54,138 nucleotides of DNA, from the IMG/VR virus record IMGVR_UViG_3300031566_000048. The stretch is one strand, 5' to 3'. Shown here piece by piece: positions 22,820 through 31,766 of the stretch. This stretch comes from a virus. Positions within the stretch are counted from its first letter, which is position 1. Each line of letters starts with the position of its first letter. The position numbers and the translations under genes were made by a program. The notes beneath the pieces were generated by a model that was given only the letters and a program-made list of their open reading frames with translations, was not told the DNA's origin and ran no database searches.

Positions 22820-23737
22820 ATGGAAGATAGAACTAAATATCTAGGCGGTTCTGATTGTGCTGGAGTTTTAGGATTAAGTCGTTGGACTACTCCGTTGAAA
22901 ATTTGGGCTGAAAAAACAGGACAAATTAAACCAAAAGATATTTCTGATAAAATTTGCGTAAAACTTGGCAATAGGTTAGAGGATATTGTAGCCGAAATGT
23001 TTTGCGAAAAAACAGGTAAAAAAGTTAGAAGAGTTAATGAGACAATTTTTCACTCAAAATATAATTTTTTAGGGGCTAATATTGACAGGCGTTTAGTTGG
23101 CGAAAATACTATTTTGGAATGCAAAACTTGTTCGGCTTGGAAAGCGAAAGAATGGGAAGGCGAGGAAATCCCGCAAGAATATATATTGCAAGTATTACAT
23201 TATTTAGCGGTAACTGGAGCTAGAACTGCTTATATTGCAGTTTTAATTGGAAATCAAGACTTTGTATACAAAGAAGTACAAAGAGACGAGAAAATAATAT
23301 CAGACATCATAAAAAAAGAAGTATCATTTTGGAATAATTTTGTTTTGAAAAACGAAATGCCTATGCAGATAACTAAAAATGATGCTGACACATTGTATAA
23401 TCTGTTTCCAAACGCAGAACCTGAAAGTGAAATAGAGTTAGATGATACTTCGGCTCAATTGTTTGAGACAAGGCAGGCTTTGTTGCAAGATAAAAACCAT
23501 ATAGTTGGTTTGCTTGAAAAAACAGACAATGAAATAAAATCACTTTTAAAAGATAAAGAAATAGGCAAAGTTGGTAATTGGGTAGCAACTTGGAAAAAAC
23601 AAGTATCTAAAAGAATTGATACAAAAAGAATAAAAGATGAACGCCCTGATATATGCGATAATTTTTTAAAAACAATAGAAAGCAGGGTTTTGAGAATAAA
23701 GGAAATTAAAGAAAAAACGGAGGTAATAAAAAAATGA
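22820..23737 (+). CDS. YqaJ-like (lambda Exo-type, PD-(D/E)XK) recombination exonuclease
   Basis: 'YLGGSDCAGVLGLSRWTTPLKIWAEKTG', 'GNRLEDIVAEMF', 'ANIDRRL', 'ILECKT'. Located near recT. Confidence 0.85.
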   Translation: MEDRTKYLGGSDCAGVLGLSRWTTPLKIWAEKTGQIKPKDISDKICVKLGNRLEDIVAEMFCEKTGKKVRRVNETIFHSKYNFLGANIDRRLVGENTILECKTCSAWKAKEWEGEEIPQEYILQVLHYLAVTGARTAYIAVLIGNQDFVYKEVQRDEKIISDIIKKEVSFWNNFVLKNEMPMQITKNDADTLYNLFPNAEPESEIELDDTSAQLFETRQALLQDKNHIVGLLEKTDNEIKSLLKDKEIGKVGNWVATWKKQVSKRIDTKRIKDERPDICDNFLKTIESRVLRIKEIKEKTEVIKK

Positions 23738-24411
23738 CAACAGAACTGGAATTAGTAGAAAAAAACACAAAAGAAATAGGAACTTTCAATGATACTTTAA
23801 AAGAAAAAATAAATTCATTGATAGTTACAGATAACGCAAGTTTAATTGTGGCAGCTGATTTATTGAAACAGATAAAAAATGGTATAAAAAAAATCAAAGA
23901 GCGTGAATTAGAATATACAAAACCATTGAATGACACTATTAAAAAAATAAGGGCGGAATATAAACCGCATAAGGAATTTGCGGAAACTTTAAAAAGAACA
24001 TTAGAGCAAGAAAAGATATTGCCATATCAAATGGAGCAGGAACGAAAAGCTAGAGAAGAAGCAGAAAAAGAAAGGCAAGAAGCTATAGCAAAAGCAAGAG
24101 AAGAGCAAAAGAAATTAGAAGAAGAGGCAGAAAAAAACAAATCGGAAGAAACTTTACAAAAGGCGGTTCAAAAAGAGGCAGAAATAAAGCAAAAAGAAGT
24201 AGAGCAACCTAAAATAAATGTTACTGTTAAAAGTGATAAATCTACTACATCAATTAAAAAAAGTTGGATGTATGAAATTGAAAATTCTGCTTTAGTTCCT
24301 ATTGAATTTTGCGAGCCTTCACACGAAAAAATTAAAAATGCAGTAAAAAGTGGAGTTCGTTTTATAAAAGGTGTAAAAATATACGAAAAATCTACAATAG
24401 TAAGTAGATAA
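23734..24411 (+). CDS. Coiled-coil protein between Exo and RecT, possibly Gp157-like
   Basis: Glu/Lys-rich central coil. The assignment rests on position only. Confidence 0.45.
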   Translation: MTTELELVEKNTKEIGTFNDTLKEKINSLIVTDNASLIVAADLLKQIKNGIKKIKERELEYTKPLNDTIKKIRAEYKPHKEFAETLKRTLEQEKILPYQMEQERKAREEAEKERQEAIAKAREEQKKLEEEAEKNKSEETLQKAVQKEAEIKQKEVEQPKINVTVKSDKSTTSIKKSWMYEIENSALVPIEFCEPSHEKIKNAVKSGVRFIKGVKIYEKSTIVSR

Positions 24412-24425
24412 TTGGGAGGAATAAA

Positions 24426-25289
24426 ATGACCGAAACACAAACAAAAAAAATAGAAAAAAGTTTAGCAGTAAATGACAAGCCAATAGGTTTGAAAGCAATG
24501 ATACAACAATCGGCAAAAGAATTAGAGCGAGCTTTGCCTAGCCATTTAAATGCAGATAGAATAGTACGGATTGCTTTAACCTCTATTCGTTTAAATCCAG
24601 AACTTTCAAATTGTACTCCTGAAAGTTTTTTAGGAAGTCTTTTTGTTTTGGCACAGATAGGCATAGAGCCGATTGCCGGTCGGGCTTATCTATTGCCTTT
24701 TAACAACAAAAGAAAAATAGGCAATGAATGGAAAACAATAAAAGAAGTGCAGGCTATTATAGGTTATAAGGGTCTCATAGAGTTGTTTTATCGCAATGAT
24801 GCAGCGTTAAGTATTGACACTCAAGCAGTATATGCCAATGACGATTTTAATTACGAATATGGCACTGATAGCTTTTTAAAACACAAACCTACAATGAAAG
24901 AGCGTGGCGAAGTAATTGGATACTATGCTGTTGCTAAAATGAGAGGCGGGGCTAGTGTTTTTAAATATATGTCAAAAGATGAGTGTATGAAACACGGCAA
25001 AACACACAGTAAAACATATAATAAAAAAAGTAATGAGTTTTCTACATTTTCCCCTTGGGTGAAAGAGCCTGATGCAATGTGCAAAAAGACTGTTTTAATA
25101 CAGTTATCTAAACTATTGCCGTTGAGTGTAGAAATACAGCGTGCTATTAGTGTTGACGAAACTAGCCGGCATTATAGGCAGGGAATTAATAATGCTTTAG
25201 ATTTACCTGACACAACTGATTGGAAAGAAAAAGATGAGGAAAAAATAACCGAAGCTGATGAAATTAAAAATCCATTAACTGACGATTAA
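24426..25289 (+). CDS. recT: RecT-family single-strand annealing protein
   Basis: 'RIVRIALTSIRLNPELSNCTPESFLGSLFVLAQIGIEP..GRAYLLPF' and 'IGYKGLIEL'. Confidence 0.85.
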   Translation: MTETQTKKIEKSLAVNDKPIGLKAMIQQSAKELERALPSHLNADRIVRIALTSIRLNPELSNCTPESFLGSLFVLAQIGIEPIAGRAYLLPFNNKRKIGNEWKTIKEVQAIIGYKGLIELFYRNDAALSIDTQAVYANDDFNYEYGTDSFLKHKPTMKERGEVIGYYAVAKMRGGASVFKYMSKDECMKHGKTHSKTYNKKSNEFSTFSPWVKEPDAMCKKTVLIQLSKLLPLSVEIQRAISVDETSRHYRQGINNALDLPDTTDWKEKDEEKITEADEIKNPLTDD

Positions 25290-25296
25290 TTTAAAA

Positions 25297-25551
25297 ATGG
25301 GGGCGGATAAACAAATGATAAAAATAAAACAAAAAGATAGACCTGAATTTCATTTAAGAAAAATATTGCCTGATGGAAATATACTTGAAATTAAATTAAC
25401 AAAAGCAGGTATTAGTGAAACATTAATTTGTTTAAAATTAGCGGAACATATTATTTTATCTTTGTTAGAATTAAATAAATTAAAAATAAAGAATTTAGTA
25501 GATAATTTCATATCTAAAAGTATGGAGCTTTTAAAATGCAAAAACAAATAA
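25297..25551 (+). CDS. Hypothetical protein
   Basis: ORF in a tight + strand array. Confidence 0.45.
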   Translation: MGADKQMIKIKQKDRPEFHLRKILPDGNILEIKLTKAGISETLICLKLAEHIILSLLELNKLKIKNLVDNFISKSMELLKCKNK

Positions 25552-25853
25552 ATCTAAATCAGTTAAACTTGTTTGACAACACTTATCACGGTGAAAGACC
25601 TGTAAAGTTTTATGGTAAATATATAAAAAATGAAACAGACCAAAATCTGTATCGTAATCAAGCTGAAATAATATTACGGGATTTTTGCAATGGTGATTTT
25701 TGGACTAAAAAAGAGTGGATATTGAATACTGGTTTTACGGATGCCGATAGAATTTTAAGGCATATTGCAAATGGTAAATATGCAGGTTATAAAAGAGAAG
25801 TTTTAAAAAAAGAAGGCGAACATTTTGCTAGATATAGAATAGTTAAACTTTAA
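25536..25853 (+). CDS. Hypothetical protein
   Basis: Overlaps the upstream gene end. Confidence 0.5.
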   Translation: MQKQINLNQLNLFDNTYHGERPVKFYGKYIKNETDQNLYRNQAEIILRDFCNGDFWTKKEWILNTGFTDADRILRHIANGKYAGYKREVLKKEGEHFARYRIVKL

Positions 25854-25873
25854 AAATAAAGGGAGTGTGAAAA

Positions 25874-26008
25874 ATGACAAATGAACTTTTAGTGGAAGCT
25901 TTAGCGAACAGCGTTGCAGTTTTTTCAAAAATGGAAGTAGACGAAATAAAGGAAAAACTAAAAAAAACAGATGAAAAACTACCTGAAATATGGACTAAAA
26001 TTTATTAA
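25874..26008 (+). CDS. Small hypothetical protein (44 aa)
   Basis: RBS 'agggagtg'. Confidence 0.35.
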   Translation: MTNELLVEALANSVAVFSKMEVDEIKEKLKKTDEKLPEIWTKIY

Positions 26009-26020
26009 GGAGGATAAAAA

Positions 26021-26383
26021 ATGACGATAGATGAGATTGTTAATGAATTAGAGGAAAATTTTGAAATAGAAGACGATGATGGGTATGGTTGTACCTCTGT
26101 GCCGTTTGATATAGACGAAGTAAAGCATTCAAAAAAGGTAGGTATAAATTTAAGAAACTGGCTCAAGGAAAAGCTAGAAGAGTATGGAAAGCAGAGGGAA
26201 AAAATACTTTATATGGATATTTTGAAAAAAATTGTAAAAATTGATGAAGCTATTTTTGAAAATCAAGACCCTTATTGGAAAGAACGAAAATTGTATTCCA
26301 ACGAAGCTAAATGTGCTAGTAATGCGTTGGATAAAATAAATACATTTTGCGAGCAAAAACTCAAAGAACTGGAGGGGGAATGA
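26021..26383 (+). CDS. Hypothetical acidic protein
   Basis: RBS 'aaggagga'. Confidence 0.5.
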   Translation: MTIDEIVNELEENFEIEDDDGYGCTSVPFDIDEVKHSKKVGINLRNWLKEKLEEYGKQREKILYMDILKKIVKIDEAIFENQDPYWKERKLYSNEAKCASNALDKINTFCEQKLKELEGE

Positions 26384-26532
26384 AAAGGATTTTTACTATA
26401 TTTATAAATTTCATTTTTGGTTATAGATGTAAAATTTGCGGAAAGGTTAGCAATATAAGAAAAAGTTTTAAAGTAAAAGATAATATGTGTAATAAGTGTT
26501 TAAACAATTATATAAAGGAGCAATTGAAATGA
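26380..26532 (+). CDS. Small zinc-ribbon protein (50 aa)
   Basis: RBS 'ggaggggga' with ATGA overlap. 'CKICG...CNKC'. Confidence 0.45.
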   Translation: MKRIFTIFINFIFGYRCKICGKVSNIRKSFKVKDNMCNKCLNNYIKEQLK

Positions 26533-26717
26533 CCGCACTTGAAAAAAACATTTATGGATTAAAATTACACGAAAGTTTGTTTTTTAAAAATAAACATAGT
26601 GAATTTGTAGTTACAAGGGTTGCGAGTGGTTGGATATATTCTGAACTAACAGACACTGCGATTAGAATTAATACTTTTGTCCCATTTGATAACGAATTTA
26701 TGGAGGAAAACAACTAA
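26529..26717 (+). CDS. Hypothetical protein, a cassette flanked by the 18-bp 'aatgaccgcacttgaaaa' repeats
   Basis: RBS 'aaggag'. Begins 'MTALEK', as does the next gene. Confidence 0.5.
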   Translation: MTALEKNIYGLKLHESLFFKNKHSEFVVTRVASGWIYSELTDTAIRINTFVPFDNEFMEENN

Positions 26718-27118
26718 TGACCGCACTTGAAAAGATAGTAGTAGATTTGGAAATGGCAAAAGAATTGCAAAAGTCAGGTATTGACTTTGGGGAGACTGCT
26801 TTTGTGTGGATTGTTGACCCGTTATTTAAAAATTCTGAAGAATTAAGTATTCGTGGCGAAAAATTTGCAAGCAGGTGTAAAACAATCCCCGCTCCCACAA
26901 CAAACGAGATATTTTGTAAAATTCCATATAGTATTTGTAAAGGTGATTTTAGATATAATTTTTCACTATCCCATCAAAATGGAGATAATGGCACAGAATA
27001 TTCGGCTAATTTTTATAGAGTAGATTGTGCTTTAAATCCTTATTGGTCTGAAAAATCCCCCGAACAAGCCTTATCACAACTATTGCTATGGTGCAAAAAA
27101 GAGGGGTATTTAAAATGA
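26717..27118 (+). CDS. Hypothetical protein
   Basis: RBS 'ggagga'. Begins 'MTALEK'. Confidence 0.5.
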   Translation: MTALEKIVVDLEMAKELQKSGIDFGETAFVWIVDPLFKNSEELSIRGEKFASRCKTIPAPTTNEIFCKIPYSICKGDFRYNFSLSHQNGDNGTEYSANFYRVDCALNPYWSEKSPEQALSQLLLWCKKEGYLK

Positions 27119-27627
27119 TAAAAAGACTTATTTGTTTTGTTTTAAAAACAGGTAAAGAAATAAAATACTTGTTTGAATTTAGAAAATTACCAGCAGTTAC
27201 TTTATTTTGTATTAATTGTGGAAAAAATATTCCCATTTTGCCAAAAATGATTAAACAGAATTGTGTTTATTGTGGTTACGAACATTTTCCCGAAATTGCT
27301 GTATGTGGGAAAGAGGAAATTTATATTTTTGCTGGGGGATATATAAGATATTTTCTTACTAAATTAAAAAAAAATATTATTGAAAGTATACCTAAATTTA
27401 ATATATATATCTGGAAAAGATTTTTTTGTTTACAGATAGATAATCGCAGTCCTAGAGATAGATGTTACGGACATCCAAGTGATGTATGCGAATGTAGACT
27501 TTGTCATATTGAGTTTAGATTTTTATTTATATATATACAAAAAACGATTGGCATTCATTTTTGTAATCTTTGTTTTTTTCCAAACAATAAGTTTTTTAAA
27601 CAATTTAAGTGGAAAGGTAACAAATAA
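27115..27627 (+). CDS. Cys-rich hypothetical protein
   Basis: ATGA overlap with the upstream gene. 'CINCG...CVYCG'. Confidence 0.45.
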   Translation: MIKRLICFVLKTGKEIKYLFEFRKLPAVTLFCINCGKNIPILPKMIKQNCVYCGYEHFPEIAVCGKEEIYIFAGGYIRYFLTKLKKNIIESIPKFNIYIWKRFFCLQIDNRSPRDRCYGHPSDVCECRLCHIEFRFLFIYIQKTIGIHFCNLCFFPNNKFFKQFKWKGNK

Positions 27628-27628
27628 A

Positions 27629-27820
27629 ATGGCATACTTAAACTACGGAAATTTCGGCAACACAAGTGTTATGATAAACCCGCCTGAAAGCGATTACGAG
27701 TGCGATAAATGCAATTGTACTTACGCAGAAGAGCCTGATTTAGATTGTGATTGCAATTGCCACGATAGCTACGAACCTGATGGAATGGATATGGCAAAGG
27801 AGGCTGAAAATGAAAAATAG
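27629..27820 (+). CDS. Small acidic Cys-rich protein
   Basis: 'CDKCNCTYAEEPDLDCDCNCHD'. Confidence 0.45.
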   Translation: MAYLNYGNFGNTSVMINPPESDYECDKCNCTYAEEPDLDCDCNCHDSYEPDGMDMAKEAENEK

Positions 27821-28211
27821 ATTTAAGGTTTGGGATAATGAAAAAAAAGAATGGGTAGACGCTGGAATTGGGCAAGATATTTTTTGCAACAATACTGGGC
27901 AACTATTCTTTAAACATTATGAAGAAATAAAAGAACTTGATTTAAAAAGATATTTCAAGGTAAATATTACAGGTTTAACAGACAAGAACGGAAATGAGAT
28001 TTATGAGGGGGATGTTTTAAGGGGATATTTTAATATAGATGATGTGGAAAATCATATTTATTTGCAACTCACTGAAAAAGAAAAAAAGGACTGTTATAAA
28101 ATATTTTTAGTAGATAGCATACATTTTGGATACTCGTATCCAATTCCTGAAATTTTAGAAATAATTGGAAACCGCTTTGAAAACCCCGAACTTTTGGAGG
28201 CAGTGAAATGA
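27810..28211 (+). CDS. YopX-family protein
   Basis: 'RFKVWDNEKKEW...' and 'ITGLTDKNGNEIYEGDVL'. RBS 'aaggaggc'. Confidence 0.7.
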   Translation: MKNRFKVWDNEKKEWVDAGIGQDIFCNNTGQLFFKHYEEIKELDLKRYFKVNITGLTDKNGNEIYEGDVLRGYFNIDDVENHIYLQLTEKEKKDCYKIFLVDSIHFGYSYPIPEILEIIGNRFENPELLEAVK

Positions 28212-28351
28212 AAGAAGAATGCTGTTTAAATTGTTGCTGGTATCAAAAATTTAATAAATTTGAGTGTGGTCGTTTTCCTGATGGAACAACTATACAGTTT
28301 GCAGATAGACATTGTTGTGGGGAATTTAATTTATTTAAGGTGGTGGAATAA
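28208..28351 (+). CDS. Small Cys-rich protein (47 aa)
   Basis: 'CCLNCCW...C...HCCG'. ATGA overlap with the upstream gene. Confidence 0.4.
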   Translation: MKEECCLNCCWYQKFNKFECGRFPDGTTIQFADRHCCGEFNLFKVVE

Positions 28352-28702
28352 ATGATTAAAAAAATGTGGGTTATAAGAGAAATTGACACAAAGATTTTGA
28401 AAGTGATGAATAAAAATAAATTTAAGGTTAAAACACTAAGTCATTTGGGTTATAATAAATATATTATTGATAATCACAATAATTATAATATAAAAGACTA
28501 CGAGCAAATTCCTGTTTTCGTAACAGACGAAGACCCTTTTAAGAATGTGCGAGAAATTAAAATAAGAGATTTTTTAAGCAAAATACAAATGCTTGCAAAT
28601 GGAAGTGGCGAAGTTAAACCAAAAGAATTAGTTAATATATTGATTGATATTGCAAGTAAATTATCATTAGACATCAAAAACTTTGATGAGAAAACGAAAT
28701 GA
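28352..28702 (+). CDS. Hypothetical protein
   Basis: Starts directly after the previous stop. Confidence 0.5.
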   Translation: MIKKMWVIREIDTKILKVMNKNKFKVKTLSHLGYNKYIIDNHNNYNIKDYEQIPVFVTDEDPFKNVREIKIRDFLSKIQMLANGSGEVKPKELVNILIDIASKLSLDIKNFDEKTK

Positions 28703-28836
28703 TATTGAAATGCTTAAACGAAAACTGCCAAGAAAGTATAGAAGCGGAGTTAGACCAAGATAATTTTATAATTGTTGACTGTCCAAAATGTGATACTGTT
28801 ATGCAATTCAATGTAGAGGGAGAAATATTGAAATGA
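28699..28836 (+). CDS. Small zinc-ribbon protein (45 aa)
   Basis: 'CLNENC...CPKC'. ATGA overlap with the upstream gene. Confidence 0.4.
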   Translation: MILKCLNENCQESIEAELDQDNFIIVDCPKCDTVMQFNVEGEILK

Positions 28837-29009
28837 CACAAGACCATATGCAGTCTTTAATTGATTTGCTAGACACAACTAAAATTATGCTAGTTACAGA
28901 TTTTAAAAAAAACTATGTTAATATTTTAAAAAATATCAAAATTGCAAAAGAACTTTTAGAAAAATGCAAGGAATTTGAAAAAATAGCAAAGGGGATAGAG
29001 ATAAAATGA
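28833..29009 (+). CDS. Small hypothetical protein (58 aa)
   Basis: ATGA overlaps at both ends. Confidence 0.4.
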   Translation: MTQDHMQSLIDLLDTTKIMLVTDFKKNYVNILKNIKIAKELLEKCKEFEKIAKGIEIK

Positions 29010-29215
29010 CAAAAACACTTAAATTTAAAGGAAACAATAAACATACTGGCTGGTCTGTTGGTTTACACGGTATTTGGCATTATTTTAAAAAACATACTTC
29101 TGTTTGCGATAATGAGCTTGATTTTGCAATGGATTATATTTTTGTGCCGAAAATTTGCAAACACAGTGAAATATGCCCGCAGTGTAGAAAACTTGCAAAG
29201 GATAAACTAAAATGA
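29006..29215 (+). CDS. Small Cys-containing protein
   Basis: 'C....C...CPQC'. Confidence 0.45.
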   Translation: MTKTLKFKGNNKHTGWSVGLHGIWHYFKKHTSVCDNELDFAMDYIFVPKICKHSEICPQCRKLAKDKLK

Positions 29216-29607
29216 CAGAACACGATTTTCAAGTCAATATAGTAAATACTTTAAAACGAATGAATATCTTTGTTTTTGCAGTGCCGAATAGCCAAAGTTT
29301 ACTTTCAAAAATACCCTATAAACAAAGATTTTTTCTTATGGCATATCTTAAAAGAGAAGGACTTATGACTGGTGCTAGCGACCTTGTTGTAGTCAGCAAT
29401 GGCAAAGTGTACTTCGTTGAGATAAAAACCCCCACAGAGTACAAAATAAGCGATAAAACAGGTAAGAGAATAATTGCTAAAGCAGGCGGAGTACAATCAA
29501 ACGAGCAAAAGCACTTCCAATCAGAAGTAGAGAAAGAGGGGTTGCCATATATTTTGATTGACAGTCATAAAAAGTTTGAAGAGTTTTTAAGCGAGGTGAA
29601 AAAATGA
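29212..29607 (+). CDS. VRR-NUC domain nuclease
   Basis: 'GLMTGASDLVVVSNGKVYFVEIKT' and 'GGVQSNEQKHF' fit the PD-(D/E)XK VRR-NUC pattern. Confidence 0.7.
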   Translation: MTEHDFQVNIVNTLKRMNIFVFAVPNSQSLLSKIPYKQRFFLMAYLKREGLMTGASDLVVVSNGKVYFVEIKTPTEYKISDKTGKRIIAKAGGVQSNEQKHFQSEVEKEGLPYILIDSHKKFEEFLSEVKK

Positions 29608-29777
29608 AAAAATATAAACATATTTGGATTTATAGTTCATTTGTAAATGTTTCAGATAATAAAGTGAAAAGAATTTGCAAGTTATGTGGCAAAAAAATGA
29701 CTGTAAATAAAAATTGTATGTATGGGGAAGAATTTTATGCTGATGTCGTAAAAAGATTTAAGAAAATTAAGGAGTGA
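29604..29777 (+). CDS. Small Cys-containing protein (57 aa)
   Basis: ATGA overlap with the upstream gene. 'CKLCG...C'. Confidence 0.4.
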   Translation: MKKYKHIWIYSSFVNVSDNKVKRICKLCGKKMTVNKNCMYGEEFYADVVKRFKKIKE

Positions 29778-29781
29778 AACA

Positions 29782-29882
29782 ATGGGACTGAAAAAAACTG
29801 GGATGATAAAACTAAATGACACAAGACCATATGCATTCTTTGATTGACAGTCATAAAAAGTTTGAAGAGTTTTTAAACGAGG
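29782..29882 (+). pseudogene. Mosaic scar built from copies of three other gene junctions
   Basis: 29782-29794 equals 30265-30277. 29814-29847 resembles 28831-28864. 29839-29882 resembles 29553-29596, with one mismatch. Only a 21-codon chimeric ORF remains. Confidence 0.75.
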
Positions 29883-29914
29883 GTTGCTTTTAGGTATGAT
29901 TGTACGGAGGACTT

Positions 29915-30091
29915 ATGGATAAATTAATTGCTTTCAATGAAGAAAGTATAAAAATAAAAAAAGATTATGAAAAAAACATACAATTTTGTCCAAAATGCAA
30001 AAATGAAATGATGCTAAAAGGAGATTGTGAAGAGCCTATGTGTTATTATAGTTGCAATTGTGGTTATATGACTGAACCATTTTATGTTTAG
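29915..30091 (+). CDS. Small zinc-ribbon protein (58 aa)
   Basis: RBS 'ggagga'. 'CPKC...CNCG'. Confidence 0.45.
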   Translation: MDKLIAFNEESIKIKKDYEKNIQFCPKCKNEMMLKGDCEEPMCYYSCNCGYMTEPFYV

Positions 30092-30124
30092 GAGGACTGA
30101 TGGCTGATAAGGCGGAGGTGGTTA

Positions 30125-30286
30125 GATGAAATTTTGTTGTAAAAAATCAATAACAGAAACTATCAATATGTTGTCAAGCAATGATAACGAAAAATACGAT
30201 ATTCTTGCCACTTGTTGTTGTGGTATTAAAATAGGTATCACAACAACTAAAAAGGAGACTAAAAATGGGACTGAAAACAAAGATTG
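30125..30286 (+). CDS. Small Cys-rich ORF (53 aa)
   Basis: RBS 'ggaggtgg'. 'FCC...CCCG'. Overlaps the next gene by 22 nt. Confidence 0.3.
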
Positions 30287-30483
30287 ACACAGGATATAAA
30301 GATAAAAATAATAACCCTATTTGCGTAGGGGATAAAATTAAAAAATGGGATAAAATAGGTATTGTTATTAAAACCGAACACGAATATTTGATTAAATTAA
30401 ATAGTGGACTTTTAACTACTTTTCACGATATGGAATATATCGGAAGAAATAATTTTGAGGTAATCAATGAAAACAAAAAATAA
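30265..30483 (+). CDS. Hypothetical protein
   Basis: RBS 'aaaggaga'. Confidence 0.5.
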   Translation: MGLKTKIDTGYKDKNNNPICVGDKIKKWDKIGIVIKTEHEYLIKLNSGLLTTFHDMEYIGRNNFEVINENKK

Positions 30484-30607
30484 AATATGCTCTATTAAAT
30501 GCGAGATTTGCGATGGGCGGGGGAAATATTTTGATAAAAAACATATAGAGCATAATTGCGAAAAATGCAAAGGAAAGGGGTTTTATGCAAAACGAAAACA
30601 ACAATAA
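30467..30607 (+). CDS. Small protein with a DnaJ-type CxxCxGxG zinc-finger pair (46 aa)
   Basis: 'CEICDGRGKY' and 'CEKCKGKGF'. Confidence 0.4.
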   Translation: MKTKNKICSIKCEICDGRGKYFDKKHIEHNCEKCKGKGFYAKRKQQ

Positions 30608-30785
30608 AAAAAACGGACTAGAATACAATTTAGCAACAAACATAGCTGAAATAATTAAAAATTATAGGCATACATATAGTTATATCCAGCTAGATTTTGT
30701 AAACAAAAGCAACAAAAAAATATCTGGTCAAACTACTTTCTTTTTAGATAGTCAGGGAAATTTAAAAAACGGAGGTAAGGAATGA
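30585..30785 (+). CDS. Hypothetical protein
   Basis: Ends 'NGGKE*', like the next gene. Confidence 0.45.
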   Translation: MQNENNNKKNGLEYNLATNIAEIIKNYRHTYSYIQLDFVNKSNKKISGQTTFFLDSQGNLKNGGKE

Positions 30786-31108
30786 ATTATTTTTTATTAT
30801 TTAAGGAATTTTTTAGAGATATAAAAAAGTATTTTGAATATTTATTTAAAAAAGATTGTAGTAATGATAGTGAACCATATTTTACTTTTATTGCTAAAGA
30901 TGTAAATTTTCCAAAAGCAACTATTACCAATGGTAAAATCCCAACTAAAACAGTTGAAACTGAACTTACAAAAGTTGAAACTATAATTGGATTTTCTAAA
31001 GTTAAACCTACACTATTTGAAATTGTATTTGAAACGCATAAATTTAAGGAAGCTAGAATTGTATCATTAAATAGAAAACACACTAAAGTTAACGGAGGTA
31101 AGGAATGA
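30782..31108 (+). CDS. Hypothetical protein, a cassette flanked by the 19-bp 'aacggaggtaaggaatgaa' repeats
   Basis: Repeats at 30768-30786 and 31091-31109. Confidence 0.5.
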   Translation: MNYFLLFKEFFRDIKKYFEYLFKKDCSNDSEPYFTFIAKDVNFPKATITNGKIPTKTVETELTKVETIIGFSKVKPTLFEIVFETHKFKEARIVSLNRKHTKVNGGKE

Positions 31109-31374
31109 AAAAAAAGGAAAATATGTTTAGTATTCCCGAAGAGGTACACGATATTTGGTGCGAATACGAATCCCTTAATATTTTGAAAGAAAGCTATGTG
31201 GAGCAATATTTTGGGTTTAGAAAGGCAAGGAAGTGTGCTATAGATGCAGAAAAAGCACGCACTAAATTTTGGCGTAAAGTTTTAGAATTAAATCCAAATA
31301 AGAAAATGAATAAAGTAACTTATCACAAGGAACTTATGATGATTGAGGTGTTAGATGCCAACAATAAAGTTTAA
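31105..31374 (+). CDS. Hypothetical protein
   Basis: ATGA overlap with the upstream gene. Confidence 0.5.
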   Translation: MKKKENMFSIPEEVHDIWCEYESLNILKESYVEQYFGFRKARKCAIDAEKARTKFWRKVLELNPNKKMNKVTYHKELMMIEVLDANNKV

Positions 31375-31564
31375 GCTAAAAGACCCGAAGTATTGTGAAA
31401 TGGAAGATACGACAGATTGCATTTGTCTTATGCTTTGGAAAACATCGGAGCGAATGGGTATGGCTTGTAAAGCATTGAGTACTAAAGATAATATAATTTG
31501 GTTAGAAACAGAGAATGGTAAAAGTAAACGCCCACAAGCCTGCATAGATAAATACGGGGAGTGA
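31355..31564 (+). CDS. Hypothetical Cys-containing protein
   Basis: Overlaps the upstream gene end. Confidence 0.45.
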   Translation: MPTIKFKLKDPKYCEMEDTTDCICLMLWKTSERMGMACKALSTKDNIIWLETENGKSKRPQACIDKYGE

Positions 31565-31565
31565 A

Positions 31566-31763
31566 ATGAAAATATTTATACAAACTAAAAAAGAAATTAT
31601 TATGCTTAATTTACTCGTAGCATTGGTAACTTTTTTTGCAACATATATAATCTTTTTATCTATAAGAATAAATCCTATAGTTATTAATTGCAAATATAAC
31701 ATAGATGGAACTTTAGATTTTTCAAGCGGTAAGTATAAAATAAGTTATAAAACGGAGGATTAA
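31566..31763 (+). CDS. Small membrane protein
   Basis: TM 'LLVALVTFFATYIIFLSI'. Confidence 0.45.
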   Translation: MKIFIQTKKEIIMLNLLVALVTFFATYIIFLSIRINPIVINCKYNIDGTLDFSSGKYKISYKTED

Positions 31764-31766
31764 ATT

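Noticed and set aside
27088-27820. Long N-terminal extensions in the ORF track (27088, 27479 and 27747 starts; likewise 10951, 15285, 26347, 26496, 29900, 32522 and 42655).
   Set aside because: Internal ATGs preceded by GGAG-type RBSs and ATGA/TAATG overlaps with the upstream stop give better starts. The extensions overlap the preceding gene or, for 32522, a terminator hairpin.
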